Part shown: piece by piece, positions 1-11,811 of the stretch
Position numbering within the stretch: position 1 is the first letter of the stretch
Layout of the letters: every line of letters begins with the position of its first letter
NCBI GenBank assembly: GCA_030295235.1
Contig: AP026151.1
Span: forward strand, 1 to 64,000
Source of the DNA: Fistulifera solaris
Taxonomy: Eukaryota
Direction: 5' to 3'
Length of the DNA: 64,000 nucleotides
The notes under the pieces: generated by a model
What the model saw: the letters and a program-made list of their open reading frames with translations, nothing else
Database searches by the model: none
What the model was told of the DNA's origin: nothing
Program-made: the position numbers and the translations under genes

Positions 1-150
1 TCTAACCCTAACCCTAACCCTAACTAACCCTAACCCTAACCCTAACCCTAACCCTAACCCTAACCCTAACCCTAACCCTAACCCTAACCCTAACCCTAAC
101 CCTAACCCTAACCCTAACCCTAACCCTAACCCTAACCCTAACCCTAACCC
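1..150. repeat. Telomere, (CCCTAA)n / (TTAGGG)n
   Basis: About 25 tandem CCCTAA units from the first base of the window, with one variant unit (CTAA) near 21-27 and an abrupt end at 150. Confidence 0.98.
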
Positions 151-950
151 TTCTCTTTCATGATGTCGTCAGTTGCAGCAGAATGTAAGACATTTGACGC
201 TAGATATCTGTGATTTCTCTTTGTAAAGTATCTACTTGTTGACTAAGCGCATCAACTACATCTTTCATTTAATGTACTGAGCAATTAGAGATGTTTTCGC
301 ATCATTACGGCACTTTTGATCTAGAACTATATTGACGAGGAAAAATGTGAGATAAACTCGAGTCAAAACGCCACGATCAAAGCCATCTTGAACTCCGTTC
401 ACGTAAGCTGTTAGTTTCCAGTCAATAGATTAAGGCATTAACAAGGTGATACCGCAATAATATTGACAAAATATTGAGGAAAACCTAATGCCTCGCAATA
501 GCAAAAATTCATCTAAAAAGTGACCCGCTCGGTTTTCATAGACCCGCCAGTACGGATGATGTACAGTTGTTCTAAAAAGAGCAATTGGAAATAGCAATCT
601 GATTTGCTGGAGCAATTGGAAGTATGATTCTGATTGGTCAAAGCAATTGACCTCTTGGATATTATGTCGCTGTGGTATGAAATTCCCCTATGTAATCCCG
701 ACGATGGACAATGCAAATGGGTCCACCAGCATGGTTGCTGCTTTTTCTCCTTCGTCCATCCGATCCTTTCCAACCGACACCGACGACAATGCGCGATTTT
801 GTCAATGCTCTTGTCTGTTTGATTCTTTTCGAATAAGCAAAGTGATAGACACGAAGAATGACTTTCTCACGCATTGTTTCTTTTGCGACGGTAATTGCTT
901 TTGCTGCAATCACATCGAGCCGCGGTAAGTGAAAGGAATCGACGGAGGCC

Positions 951-2078
951 ATGATCGCTCACCGCTTGAGATTCCGTTAACTACTACTTCTTGCTAATGC
1001 CTTATTACAGCCTTTACTTCAATACCAACAAGTAGGCGGATACAGAGTCCTCAACTGTCGAGTACAGCGTCGAACAATGAGCAGGTGAGATCTTAGTTCG
1101 AAGCCGTTGTAAATAAATGTTTCGATTATTGATCGACTAATTCAATTTTAAACGACCGCTTGCCTTTTCTAACATCTCGTTGTTCAGATACCTCTCAACA
1201 AAGGATCTACCGTTGCAATGGTCACGCCGATGTCAGAAAAGGGAGACATCGACTACGATGCGACCCGAAACTTATTGCAATGGCACATCGATCAAGGCAC
1301 CGATAATTTATGTATTTTAGGGACGACGGGAGAAGCGAGTGTGCTAAGTGCAAAAGAAAGAACCCGCGCTGAGATTGGCAGTCGAGGTATGTAAAGGAAA
1401 AATTCCTATCATTGCCGGCGTCGGCACTATTGATCCGCAAAAGGTGAAAGATATGACGCTGGAGGCAATGGATTTGGGATGCGATGCAGGATTGCTGGTC
1501 TCGCCATACTACGTCAAACCACCGCAGCGTGGCTTGTTGAAGCATTTTACGTCAATCGCGGATATAGGTCTGCCAATTGTGTTGTATAATGTCCCCGGAC
1601 GAACCGCCGTCGACATTTCCGACGAAACAATTGCGATGGCAGCTGAACACGACAACATAATTGCAGTCAAGGATGCAACTGGCAAAGTCGAACGCTTAGC
1701 TAGTTTAAAAGTTGAACTAGAAAAGCGTGGCGTTGCGAATTTTCTTACTTACTCGGGTGATGATGCGACAACTTTGGAGTTTGTGCGGTTAGGGGAGATG
1801 GTGGTATCTCTGTAACCGCGAATTGCGCTCCTCGACTGATGCATGAAATGATTATGGCTGCACAAATCGGCGATCTGGAACGCGCGACTCTCTTGAACCG
1901 ACAGTTGCAGCCTTTACATGACAATTTATTCTGCGAAGCGAATCCGATCCCCGCGAAATATGCCATTTTCCGGATGGGTAAAGCTACTTCGCCGTTTTGC
2001 CGTCCGCCTTTGGACGCATTGGATCCATTGCTGTACGGCAAAGTCGATGAAGCACTTCACCATGCCGGTGTCTTGTAG
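951..2078 (+). CDS. dapA: Dihydrodipicolinate synthase (4-hydroxy-tetrahydrodipicolinate synthase), probably plastid-targeted
   Basis: Reconstructed peptide GSTVAMVTPM...LGTTGEASVLS...IAGVG...VSPYYVKPPQ...LYNVPGRT...AVKDATG...YSGDD...ISVTAN...LFCEANPIPAK has the DapA motifs. Intron 1085-1187 (GTGAGA...TTCTAAC...TTCAG). Hydrophobic leader then TAF-TS resembles a diatom plastid presequence. Frameshifts near 1365 and 1793 and in the leader; start codon uncertain. Confidence 0.95.
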
Positions 2079-2707
2079 ACCAACAGGCTGCAAAAGGCTG
2101 CAATACGGGTACCTGTAGGCAAAATAATGATTGAGTCTGTGTATGCCGGATTTCTAGAGAGTCATTGCTCCTTCCTTACTTGTTCGAGATAGACGCTTAT
2201 GATAAGAGAAATGCTTGTGATTTCTTTTTAAAAAATTTTACTTGGAATAATTTGACGGTGGCGTCATAGTCATGATAAAGAAACTATTCCGTATCATTAT
2301 TTTTTGCATGGAAACTTAAAGCTTGTAACGAGTCACGAGTACGAGTAGAGGACAGACGACAGACCCATTCTCAATCTACAATATAGAGTCTCCAGTTTGG
2401 CGAATAGTCAATCACACATCGTACTTCCAGTGATATACTCGGAAAGGTTACTTATTTATAATGGCGCCGTAGCGGTTTCAAAATTGCAAGATATCTATAT
2501 TTGCGTTTCGCTGATTAGTACGTAGTAGCCACTAAAGCCACACGCTATGCATTTGAAAGTTGCAAAAAAAAACGCGGAAGAGACTCGAGACCGAGAACAC
2601 CAAGTAGAGCAGTCACGGCCATCATTATTATCCCCATAACAATTAAAGCAAACTGTTTTCATCAAAGGCATAACGAATCAACACTTACTTAGGAGGAGCA
2701 GAGAAAA

Positions 2708-4716
2708 ATGAAGATCGCGATAGCAGTAATTTTGTCAGCGTTTGCGTTGGAAACACAGGCTGCATTTGTGAGCCCAACACGAAAGGCGCATAGGGCAACG
2801 TTTGCTCTTTTCAGTGAGAACGACGACGGAAAGGAAGGACCATGGCTATCTGGGGAGGTTGATGGGAATGGACATATCATCGACGGAAACTTACAGGCTA
2901 AGTTTCGAAAGATGCAGCTGAATTACGAGTCGGATTGTCAGCCAACATGGAAGCGTGCTCCTAATCCGCCCAAAACCACAGCTGACTTTCTGCAGCATTT
3001 GGAGACTGTCAGAATCGGCGAGGAGGTTGGAAAGCCTACGAAGAAAAACCCATTTGGTACTTACGAAAGCCGGTGTCGTCGTGGATAACTGAAACTCCAC
3101 GTCGACCTTTGAAGGTGATATTTTGGCGCATCAAACTGCACCAGCCCCGAGTGCCTCCAATTCCGCTCCGATTGACGTTCGCACTAAAATGGCTCCACAG
3201 CATCCCCCATCGTTTTCTCCATGGATTGACCACACACCGCGAAAGCCATTGGCGGGCGATTTCTCCGTCCACGAGTATGATATGGAGGAAAAGAAGCGCA
3301 ATTTACCACCGTCTCGGGCAGAACAAAGTAAAGAGTTGAAGCTCCCGATCCATGACCAGGCTTCTTCTTTAGATCTGAATCCTTCGGCATCCGTACCATT
3401 GGCACCGCTACCATTGAAGCGACCTGGCTCGACTTCCCGATTCAGCCCGGAATACCATAGTGGTCACCACCCTTCGTGGTTCCATTTTTCCACATCCGAT
3501 GCTCTCATCGGAGGATCGACTTTGAAGAGAATCCGCATTACAGAACAATCACCCTTTTATTTCGGTCAGTCGTCAAATGCGAGCGCTAAGCCTGTTACAG
3601 ACGAGCAAGAGATAGCCAGCGGACCGTCAACTTTCGTAGACGCAGAGTTTGAAGAGGATGAGCTAGCCTCAGAAGTAACGAGATTGAGAGAAATGGCATT
3701 GGAAGCAGCCGAATCTGCGCGTGTAGCCGAATTGGAAGCTGCGGAAAAATCACAACAAGCCAGAAAAGCATCCGAGGAAGCTCGATTAGCGGAACTTCAT
3801 GCGGTTGAAAAAGCTGTTGCAGCGAGAGATGCAGCACAGACAGCCCGACTTGCTTTGGAGAATCTAAGAAAAGTTCGCGAGGAAGAGGCTGCCCGCCTTG
3901 CGGAGGAAGCTCGATTGGAAGCTTTGCGTGAAAAGGAAGAGCAAGCAAGACTAGAGGCCTTAGAGAAAAAGCGTGAGCTTGCCCAACAAGAGGAAATCGC
4001 CCGTGAAATGAAACGGAAACAGGACGAACTTTTACAACTTCAAGAGGAGCGCGCTAGGAAGGGGGAAGAGATTGCTGCTAAAGTTAAAAAGGAGCAGCAG
4101 GCGCTTTTGAATGGTCAACGCGAGCGCACGATACAAGAGAAAAGCGCTCGGATATTTGAGGAGGAGCAGGAAACGGAGCTGAACGTGCAAAATGAACTAA
4201 TCAATGAGCAGGATATTGATGAACGAACAGACAATAAACAAAGCTCATCTGAGCTGGAAGGAACAACGTGCAGACATTAAAAGTGAAGTAGAGGCGGCTA
4301 GGTTGCGTGAAGAGTTCCGCATAGCGCAGATTGCAAAACAGAAGATGGAAACCGAAAAAGAACAGAAGAGTAGTCTCGCTCCCTTAAGTGCCGAAAAGAT
4401 TCAGACGTCGACAATACAAAATGATCATGAGGAGGTAGAAAGACTGCTTGCTTTGGCCATAGATAAGCAAAAGGAGTTGTTTAACCGGTCGAATGATGTG
4501 GAGTCGGTTACAATTAACGGAAGCTCGACGAAGAGAGACTATCAACGCAACATGAAAAATTCGTTTCGACGGGATGAGCGGACGTCCGGCGATGATAAGG
4601 AAAATTCGACGCGAGACGACAAGTCTCCAGAAACAAGCTCAAGCCAGGATATTTCTGAAGAAGAAGAAGAAGAAGAAGTATTACGGTCTAAAATTGATAG
4701 TACTATGGGACACTGA
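2708..4716 (+). CDS. Hypothetical plastid-targeted protein: Pro/Ser-rich N-half and E/A/R/K-rich helical C-half
   Basis: Signal peptide MKIAIAVILSAFALETQA then AFVSP (ASAFAP-like). ORFs 2708-3088, 3073-, 3123-4280 and 4204-4716 join through 1-bp frameshifts. Confidence 0.75.
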
Positions 4717-5477
4717 AATGATTCCGAGGGAAACTCCAAGGTGAAAAGCAAATAATTGCGCTGCGAAAATTGAAGCTTCGGTAACTAAACAAATGAAGAC
4801 GGTAGTGATTATTATTATCCCGCAAAAATTGCTACCAAGCTTCGAAGCCTTTCCGTGTCGTTACTGATGATTTCCACGAGTGAAGACATTGCCGTGCAAA
4901 AAAGTTACTGTAATCAATAGACAATATGTTTGGAAATCTAACTTCACTTTGTAGAACTCACAAACATAGATCGACACGGCAATCTGCGAAGCAGGATGGT
5001 GTAGGTGCTTTTGTATCCACTTCTTTTGCTTGTTAAGGTACATTTTACATGCAGGAGGAGCATTGTGCTCTTGATTCTTGATTATCAACAGAGATAAGAA
5101 AATAAGAGCACGCTAAATTCTCAATTTTATTTTATTTTATTTACTGTACCGGTACGATGTACGAGTTCCGCTTAATGGACCGGTACGACATTTCCCGTTA
5201 TACGTGACACGTAAGCATTGCATTGGGAAAGATCGGACTTTCCGTAGAAAATGTACGAGAGATCGCCGCATCGAAACCAATGCAACAGTGCGAGCGAATA
5301 GGGGCGAACATATGCCTCCCCCGCTCCAGAACGTATTATTTTGTTGTTTTGCAAAGATCAGTGTCATCTCTTTCTATTTCAGTTATACTTCACATTTGAA
5401 CAGTTCCAATAACATTGTGTTTGTTATTGTAAGACGACGACAAGAGGTTTGAAATAGGAATCGAAGCATTATCGATC

Positions 5478-8400
5478 ATGAAGTCTCCGTTGAAACACTC
5501 CCTTTCCGTTTTGCTTCTTTCGGAAACGTTTCTCGCTTCGAATGCTCTGTCATCAAATTTCAACGGCAGATCACAAAAGTCAGAATTTGATGCGTCAAAG
5601 GGTGCTACAGGAAAGAGCTCGAATGATTTACCAATTCCTTCTAAATCAGGGCTTCCTTCTCGTACGAACGGCTGGTCGACGACTCCTCATGTCATAGGCC
5701 CAGATCAATGGTTAAACAGCGTCTCTTTGTCAAGAAGTCCCAATTACTTTCCACAATCATGGTCAGGGCCGACTAACGGAAGGAGTAGCGGTTTCTCTCA
5801 AAAAGGAGGCAATAATAGCCTTTTTTCGCAGCCTTCAACTACTGCTTCGGAGCCACCTGCATCAAATGGTTTGATGTCTAACGGACAGTCCCCAATAACG
5901 GCTAGTCAGCTTTCGGAAGAAAAATCCCAAAAACCTGTCTCTTCAACAACATCATGGACGCAAGCTTCGATTTCAAACGGCGCGATGCAAGCGGATGTCA
6001 TCAAGAAAGTTGGACTGTACGACTATCAGACTTCGAATCCTTGGAGTAGCGCGGAAGCTCAAGCAGCCCGCATGGCCGAACAGGCTAGAAATGCCAGACT
6101 TTTAGCAGAGGAAAACGTACGTAGATTGAAAGCAGAGGCCGAAGCGGAGGCTAAGCGGTTGGAAGAACAACAAAAGCGTAAAGCTGCTGCGGAAGAGGAA
6201 GCTAGAGCAAGAAAAGCTGCCGAAGAGATAAAAAGGCAACGTATCGCTGCTGAAGAGGAAAAAGTTAGACTTCGGAAGGCGGCTGAGGAAGAGGAGAGGA
6301 GACGTATTGCCATTGAAGAGGAAGCTAGAGCACGAAAAGCCGCTGAAGAGACAGAAAGGCAACGTATCGCTGCTGAAGAGGAAAAAGCTAGACGTCGGAA
6401 GGCGGCTGAGGAAGAGGAAGCAAGAGCTCGAAAAGCTGTTGAAGAGCAAGAAAAGCAACGTATCGCTGCCGAAGAGGAAAAGGCTCGACTTCGTAAAGCG
6501 GCTGAAGAAGAGGAGATGCAACGAATCGCTGTCGCTGAAGAAAAATCTCGACCTCTTAAAATTTCCGCCGAAGAGGAAGCTAGAGCACGAAAAGCTGTCG
6601 AAGAGAAAGAGAAGCAACGTAGTGCTGTTGTACAGGAAGAAGCTCGACTTCGCAAAGCAGCCGAAGAAGAGGAAGCTAGAACACGAAAAGCGGCCACCGA
6701 GGAGGAAGCTAGAGCACGAATGGCCACTGAAGAAATGGAGCGACAAGGAGTCGCCGAGGTGGAAGAAGAAGTTCGATTGATCAAACTTGGAGCAGAAGAG
6801 GAGGCTCAAGCTCGTGATTCTGCAGCAAAGGAAGAAGAAATGCGTCTTATTGCTGCTGCAGAAGAGCAGTGGCGAAAGCGTGTCGCAGCTGATAAAGAAG
6901 AAAAGCGTCGGTTACAGGTCCAGGCGGAAGCTGAAGCAATCCAGCAAATGGCTGAAAAGCTAGACTCGCCCGCCTTGCAGCCGAGGAAAATGTCCGCCGA
7001 CTTAAGGTTGAGGCCGAAGCGGAAGCTGCTCGTCTTTCCGCAAAACAGCGTTCGTCTAAGAACGGTTCCCTCATAAATTCTCACCATAGCGTCGATGCAG
7101 AAGACGAAACAGTACAGAGTTGGGAAGCGTCACCTAAGGAAGAAGAAAAAGGGCGAAATGTTGAGGAAGCATGCCGAAGAATTCCGGTTGCAGCTGAAAA
7201 TGAAGCGCATCGCTCGCAGGCTCAAACGGAAGCTGAAGCAATACGAATGGCCGAAAAAGTTAGAAATGCTCGTCTTAGAGCTGAAGACAATTTACGTAGA
7301 TTGAAGGTTGAAATTAAGGCAGACAGTGCTCATGTGGAACAGCAATGCAAGAGCGAAGCTAATTTAGTGTCGACGGAACGAACTGCTTCGGACAATTCAA
7401 TTCGTTTGCTAAAACATAAATCACCGTCGAACAAGCAGCCAAGAGAGGCCCGTAGTAAACTAACAAGCCTTCGACCAAGACCAAAAGGTTTTTCGGTACT
7501 CAATGAGAATAAAAAGAAGACACCTAAAGAGAAGACGCATTTACGTGTAACGGAGCAGCGGTCGCAATCCACCATTACAGGGTTAAGTTCTGAAACAAAA
7601 CTTGAAAGCGATTCCAAGGAGGTAGAGGAGCAATTGACGCTAGAGAAAGCGGAGAAATTCCACTCGGGGGCTATTGATGCAGCAAAGCACGATGAATCTA
7701 CCAGACGAGCATTGCTGCGGTCCCGCTTATCCGACGAAGCCAAAAGGAGAGAAATTTTCAGGCAGCAAAAAGTGGAGAAGGTCAAAGCCGCGAAAGCCCG
7801 TGCAACAGAGGCCACTAGACGAGGATTGTTGCAATTTCGCTTATCCGACGAAGCCAGAAGAAGAGAGATTTTCAGGCGACAGGAGGAGGCGAGGGTGAAA
7901 GCAGAAAAAGCCCGTGAAGAGGAGGAAACAAGGCTGGCAGCTATTGCGACAGCAAACCACGACGAGTCGACCAGGCGAGGATTGTTGCAGTTCCGCTTAT
8001 CCGACGAAAGCAAAAGGAGAGAGATCGCCAGACAACAGGAAGAGGAGAGAGTGAAAGCAGAAAAGGCCCGTGCAGAGGAGGAAGCAAGGCTGGCAGCTAT
8101 TACTGCGGCAAAGCGCGATGAAGCCACCAGGCGAGGATTGTTGCAGTTCCGCTTATTCGACGAAAGCAAAAGGAGAGAGATCGCCAGACAACAGGAAGAG
8201 GAGAGAGTGAAAGCAGAAAAGGCCCGTGCAGAGGAGGGAAGCAAGGCTGGCAGCTATTACTGCGGCAAAGCGCGATGAAGCCACCAGGCGAGGATTGTTG
8301 CAGTTCCGCTTATCCGACGAAGGCAAAAGGAGAGAGATCGCCAGACAACAGGAAGAGGAGAGAGTGAAAGCAGAAAAGGCCCGTGCAGAGGAGGAAGCAA

Positions 8401-10485
8401 GGCTGGCAGCTATTACTGCGGCAAAGCACGATGAAGCCACCAGGCGAGGATTGTTGCAGTTCCGCTTATTCGACGAAAGCAAAAGGAGAGAGATCGCCAG
8501 ACAACAGGAAGAGGAGCGAGAAAGAGTAGAGACGGATCGTTTACGAGAAATAGCTCGCTTGGAAGCAATTGCACAGTTTGAAGAGAAGCGACGACTTGCT
8601 GAGCAAGCTCGAAAAGAAGACGAGGCTCGAATGGTCGCGATAGCAAGGCAGCAAGAAATTGAGCGGAGTAAGCAGCTTGCCCGCGAAAGGGAGCTTGCGA
8701 GACTTCCTTTGCTCGCAAGGCTAGAACTAGACACGCAGATGACCCTACGTCCTGCGGATAGTCCCTGGCCGACATCGACTGTGGTTGGGAGCGATGAGAG
8801 GGCTAATGGTAGCAACAGAAATGTCAATCAAACCGATCCTTCTCCTCTTGTCGGTATTCTTAATGTTACTGATGGGGCCGGTACGCAATCCTCATCTTCC
8901 TCCGTGCAGCAACCTAATCCACATTCTATTGGAGCTGATGTCACGAGCAGACAGTTTTCCAAATCCGTCTACGAAAGCATGGAGCGAGGTAATGTGAAGC
9001 GCGGTAGCTTACTCTCAAAGTCGAGATCAAGTCCAAAGAGAAAAGTAGAGCAACTTTCGCAATCGGGACGTGGGTTTTCTAAAAGATTCGAAATCCAAGT
9101 TAAAATCGAAGCGAGCTGCTACGTTCAAAAATGACCCCAAGAAAGTTGATGCACAACCGACAAAGAATGCGGCCGATCTTGAACCATTTTCTCCTGCAAA
9201 TAGTGAAGAAATTAGTCGCCAAGATTTGCCACGAGATAGATTGCTAAACGGTTCCAACGCCACACGAACAGGGCTCATCGATCAAGAGGCAATTACGGAA
9301 GCTTCCGACTCTGCTCCCAATAGCGGAAATGGCTTGATCCCGTCAGTTACAAAGCGCGGAGAGGCGACGCGCCGAGGTTTGCTGCAGCATCGACTGTCGA
9401 ACGAAGCCAGCAATAAGCGAGCTGCTCAAAAGATCGAGGAAGCATTCACTGAGATTAGAGATGGCTTGGACACAAACGCAATTAGTCAGACTCGCGATGA
9501 AACCGCTAAGCTTTTTTCAATCGCAAAGCGTCAAGAAGCAACCCATCGCAGTTTATTGCAGCACCGCTTGCTGATCGAGGCCAACCGAAAGCAACTGGCT
9601 CAGCAAGATATCATCGATTTAGAAAAGGGTCGCATAAATACTACTGCAATCCATTGTGCAAGCGACTTGCTTGAATCAGCTGCCAAGCGTCAAGAAGCAA
9701 CCCATCGTAGCTTGCTACAACACCGATTGATGAACGATGCGATCTCCAAGAAGTTGTCTCGGTCTGAGCCAAAGGAAGCTTCTGTAGTGGTAGCGAAAGT
9801 CCGAGTGAATTATACTGAAACACCAGATCGAGCAAATAGCGAGGGCGCAGTGACTAGTGCACACTCTCACGAATTGAACCAACGGGCCCTTTTACAGTAC
9901 CGTTTGTCTTCGAACTCACGTAATGACACTATGATCGAGGTCGAGAAAGAAACGAAAGCCAAATTGGCCGAAGAGGAAGCCCAAGCAGCTGTCGAGCTGG
10001 CAGAATCGATCTTAGCTTCCATCGACGAGACTGAAATTCCAACACGGACACGCAAAGGTGCATCGTTTGTCGGTTCCCTTCTCTCCAATATTGAAAGGTC
10101 GAAAGAAACTGGGAAGCTCACGATTGAAGTGGCACGCGGTGTATTCAACATTGTGAGTAGATTTCTAAAAGACGTTGCCAAAGATCACACGCCAACTGTC
10201 AGCGTCGTCAATAGCAACGATATTATTCTCGAAGAGAAAGAAGAAAATGCACGAATCGCTGCTGAAGCTGCGCGATTAGCGGAAGAAGCTGCTCGTTTGG
10301 AAGCAGCACGCTTGAAAAAGATCGAAGAAGCGATCGAAGCAAGAAGGAAAAAGGCCCAACTTAGCGCGGACAAGGCTGCCGTGCGCGAAGATAAGGAGAT
10401 GACCGAGCATAGCCACACAAAAAGAAAAGTGCCTTTCTTTGCAAGCCTTACGAGTGACGTAGACTCTCATCAGACTAGGTTTTAG
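5478..10485 (+). CDS. Very large (~1,650 aa) signal-peptide protein with S/G/N-rich N-terminus, ER/K-rich helical repeats and 52-aa tandem repeats
   Basis: ORFs 5478-7076, 7247-8278, 8226-9134 and 9070-10485 share internal repeat motifs and join through frameshifts near 6960, 7120-7160, 8236 and 9070. Hydrophobic N-terminal leader. Confidence 0.75.
7960..8515 (+). repeat. Coding tandem repeat, 156-bp (52-aa) unit, about 3.6 near-identical copies
   Basis: CCAGGCGAGGATTGTTGCAG recurs at 7971, 8127, 8284 and 8440 (spacing 156, 157, 156); more diverged units lie upstream from about 7690. Confidence 0.95.
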
Positions 10486-10568
10486 AACTTAAAATGGTCT
10501 TAAGATGAGTTTTTTTCATTACCTGGTTTACATCCAAAATCACGCTGCGCAAATGAAATTGCAGCTTT

Positions 10569-11452
10569 TCAAACCTCTAACTGTGACTCGAGCGGCGTTT
10601 CTTGTCCTCTATACTCCTCTTTCTTGATGCGGATCGATTTCGTACCATATGAAGGCGTGGTGTCGTCAAAAACTGGCACATGATCTTCCTCTGTGGGAGA
10701 AAGTGGTGCTACAATATCTTCTAATACAACATTTTCACTGCTCGTCGCGTCGGCAGAGGGTAAGGAAGTTTCATTCACAGAGGAACTTAAATTCAAATGA
10801 GGGAAACCCATGGCTCGTACTCGCGCCTCTCCCAAGACTTCCATGGCGGCAGCGCGCAACTCAGAGGCGGTAAAAGTTCTCGCCGACAATACGGGCATTC
10901 GTCGTGTTTGGTTAGCCACTCCATGCAGCACGAATAGTGGAATGTATGCTGGCAAGTAGTTCCTTTCAGAATGTGCACACCAGGTTCGTAGGGTAGGAGG
11001 CAAATACAACACGCCCGATCATGCTGCAAGTCCGTCAAAGGGTCTTCAGCGGTTTCTGCTAAGGAAGCTACCGGTAGTGGCGTTTCATCGGGTTGCCAGC
11101 AAAGCGAGGAAGGAAAGATTCGAACAAGAAGCTTTGCTCGTTCGCTCAAAGTTAATCCAAATAGTTGCGCCTTTCGACTCACCAGCCCCTGATCCATCTC
11201 TTCTGGCTCATATACACAGCAACAGCAACAGCGATCCATGAAATGATTTAATACATAAGTCGCCACTATGAATACACTTAATAAAAAGAAACCCCAAAGG
11301 AGAAGAAGCCCATATTCGCGTGCTTTTTCCTTTGACGTTCGAGTCTCTTCTTCCGTTTGCAGTGCTCGAAGATTTCTATGCAAAGCACCTTCAGCGATCT
11401 GAAGGATCCAAAAGAAGAGGAGAATCACTTGAGGTCGATAATGTACGCTCAT
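10569..11452 (-). CDS. RING-H2 (ATL-like) E3 ubiquitin ligase with signal peptide and TM helix
   Basis: CCICLL...TCQHTFHYSCCMEWL...ECPYCR (C3H2C3), N-terminal signal peptide and TM segment. A frameshift near 10878 continues into FTASELRAAAMEVLGE. Confidence 0.88.
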
Positions 11453-11774
11453 TGAGGGTGCGGTGTCGTAATCTTATTTGCTGCGTCTGCGACGTCTTTC
11501 GTCTTGTCAATTATTGATAAGAGACTCTCTAGAGACTCCGTAGCGTCGTGTCTTCAAATGAGATCAAAAGCAAAGAAGACAGCCCCCGATGTAAGGTTAC
11601 AAGGAAGCCTCTTCAGAGTCTATATGCTCTATCCTGCTTTAACTTTCACATCCTTCATGTTTCATGTTCATTTGTCATCGTCATCGTCTCTTCATCAAAC
11701 TTCCGCCGAAAAGTCGGAACTGTTGCCGAGATAGGAAGCACTCGGAACCTCGGAACAAAAGAAAAAGAATGACT

Positions 11775-11811
11775 GTGACACGTCAATAATTGACGTGTCA
11801 CGTGTCACGTG
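11775..11811. promoter_or_regulatory. Palindromic cluster of TGACGT and CACGTG sites
   Basis: GTGACACGTCAAT-A-ATTGACGTGTCAC has perfect 13-bp arms (11775-11801), with CACGTG at 11799 and 11806. It lies between the divergent RING and HSF genes. Confidence 0.5.

Noticed and set aside
430..952. Overlapping minus-strand ORFs next to the telomere, head-to-head with dapA
   Set aside because: They are short, have no recognisable motif and no clear way to join them, so I cannot support a gene.
951..2078. dapA, PqiA-like and MscS-like genes as bacterial contamination or recent HGT
   Set aside because: They carry spliceosomal introns, dapA has a eukaryotic targeting leader, and all are embedded among eukaryotic genes.
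7960..8515. Regularly spaced repeats as a CRISPR array
   Set aside because: The whole 156-bp unit repeats without unique spacers, it is in-frame coding, and the context is eukaryotic with no cas genes.
6059..8827. Long antisense ORFs rich in S/A/L/F
   Set aside because: These are reverse-strand shadows of the GAA/GCT-rich repeat coding sequence.
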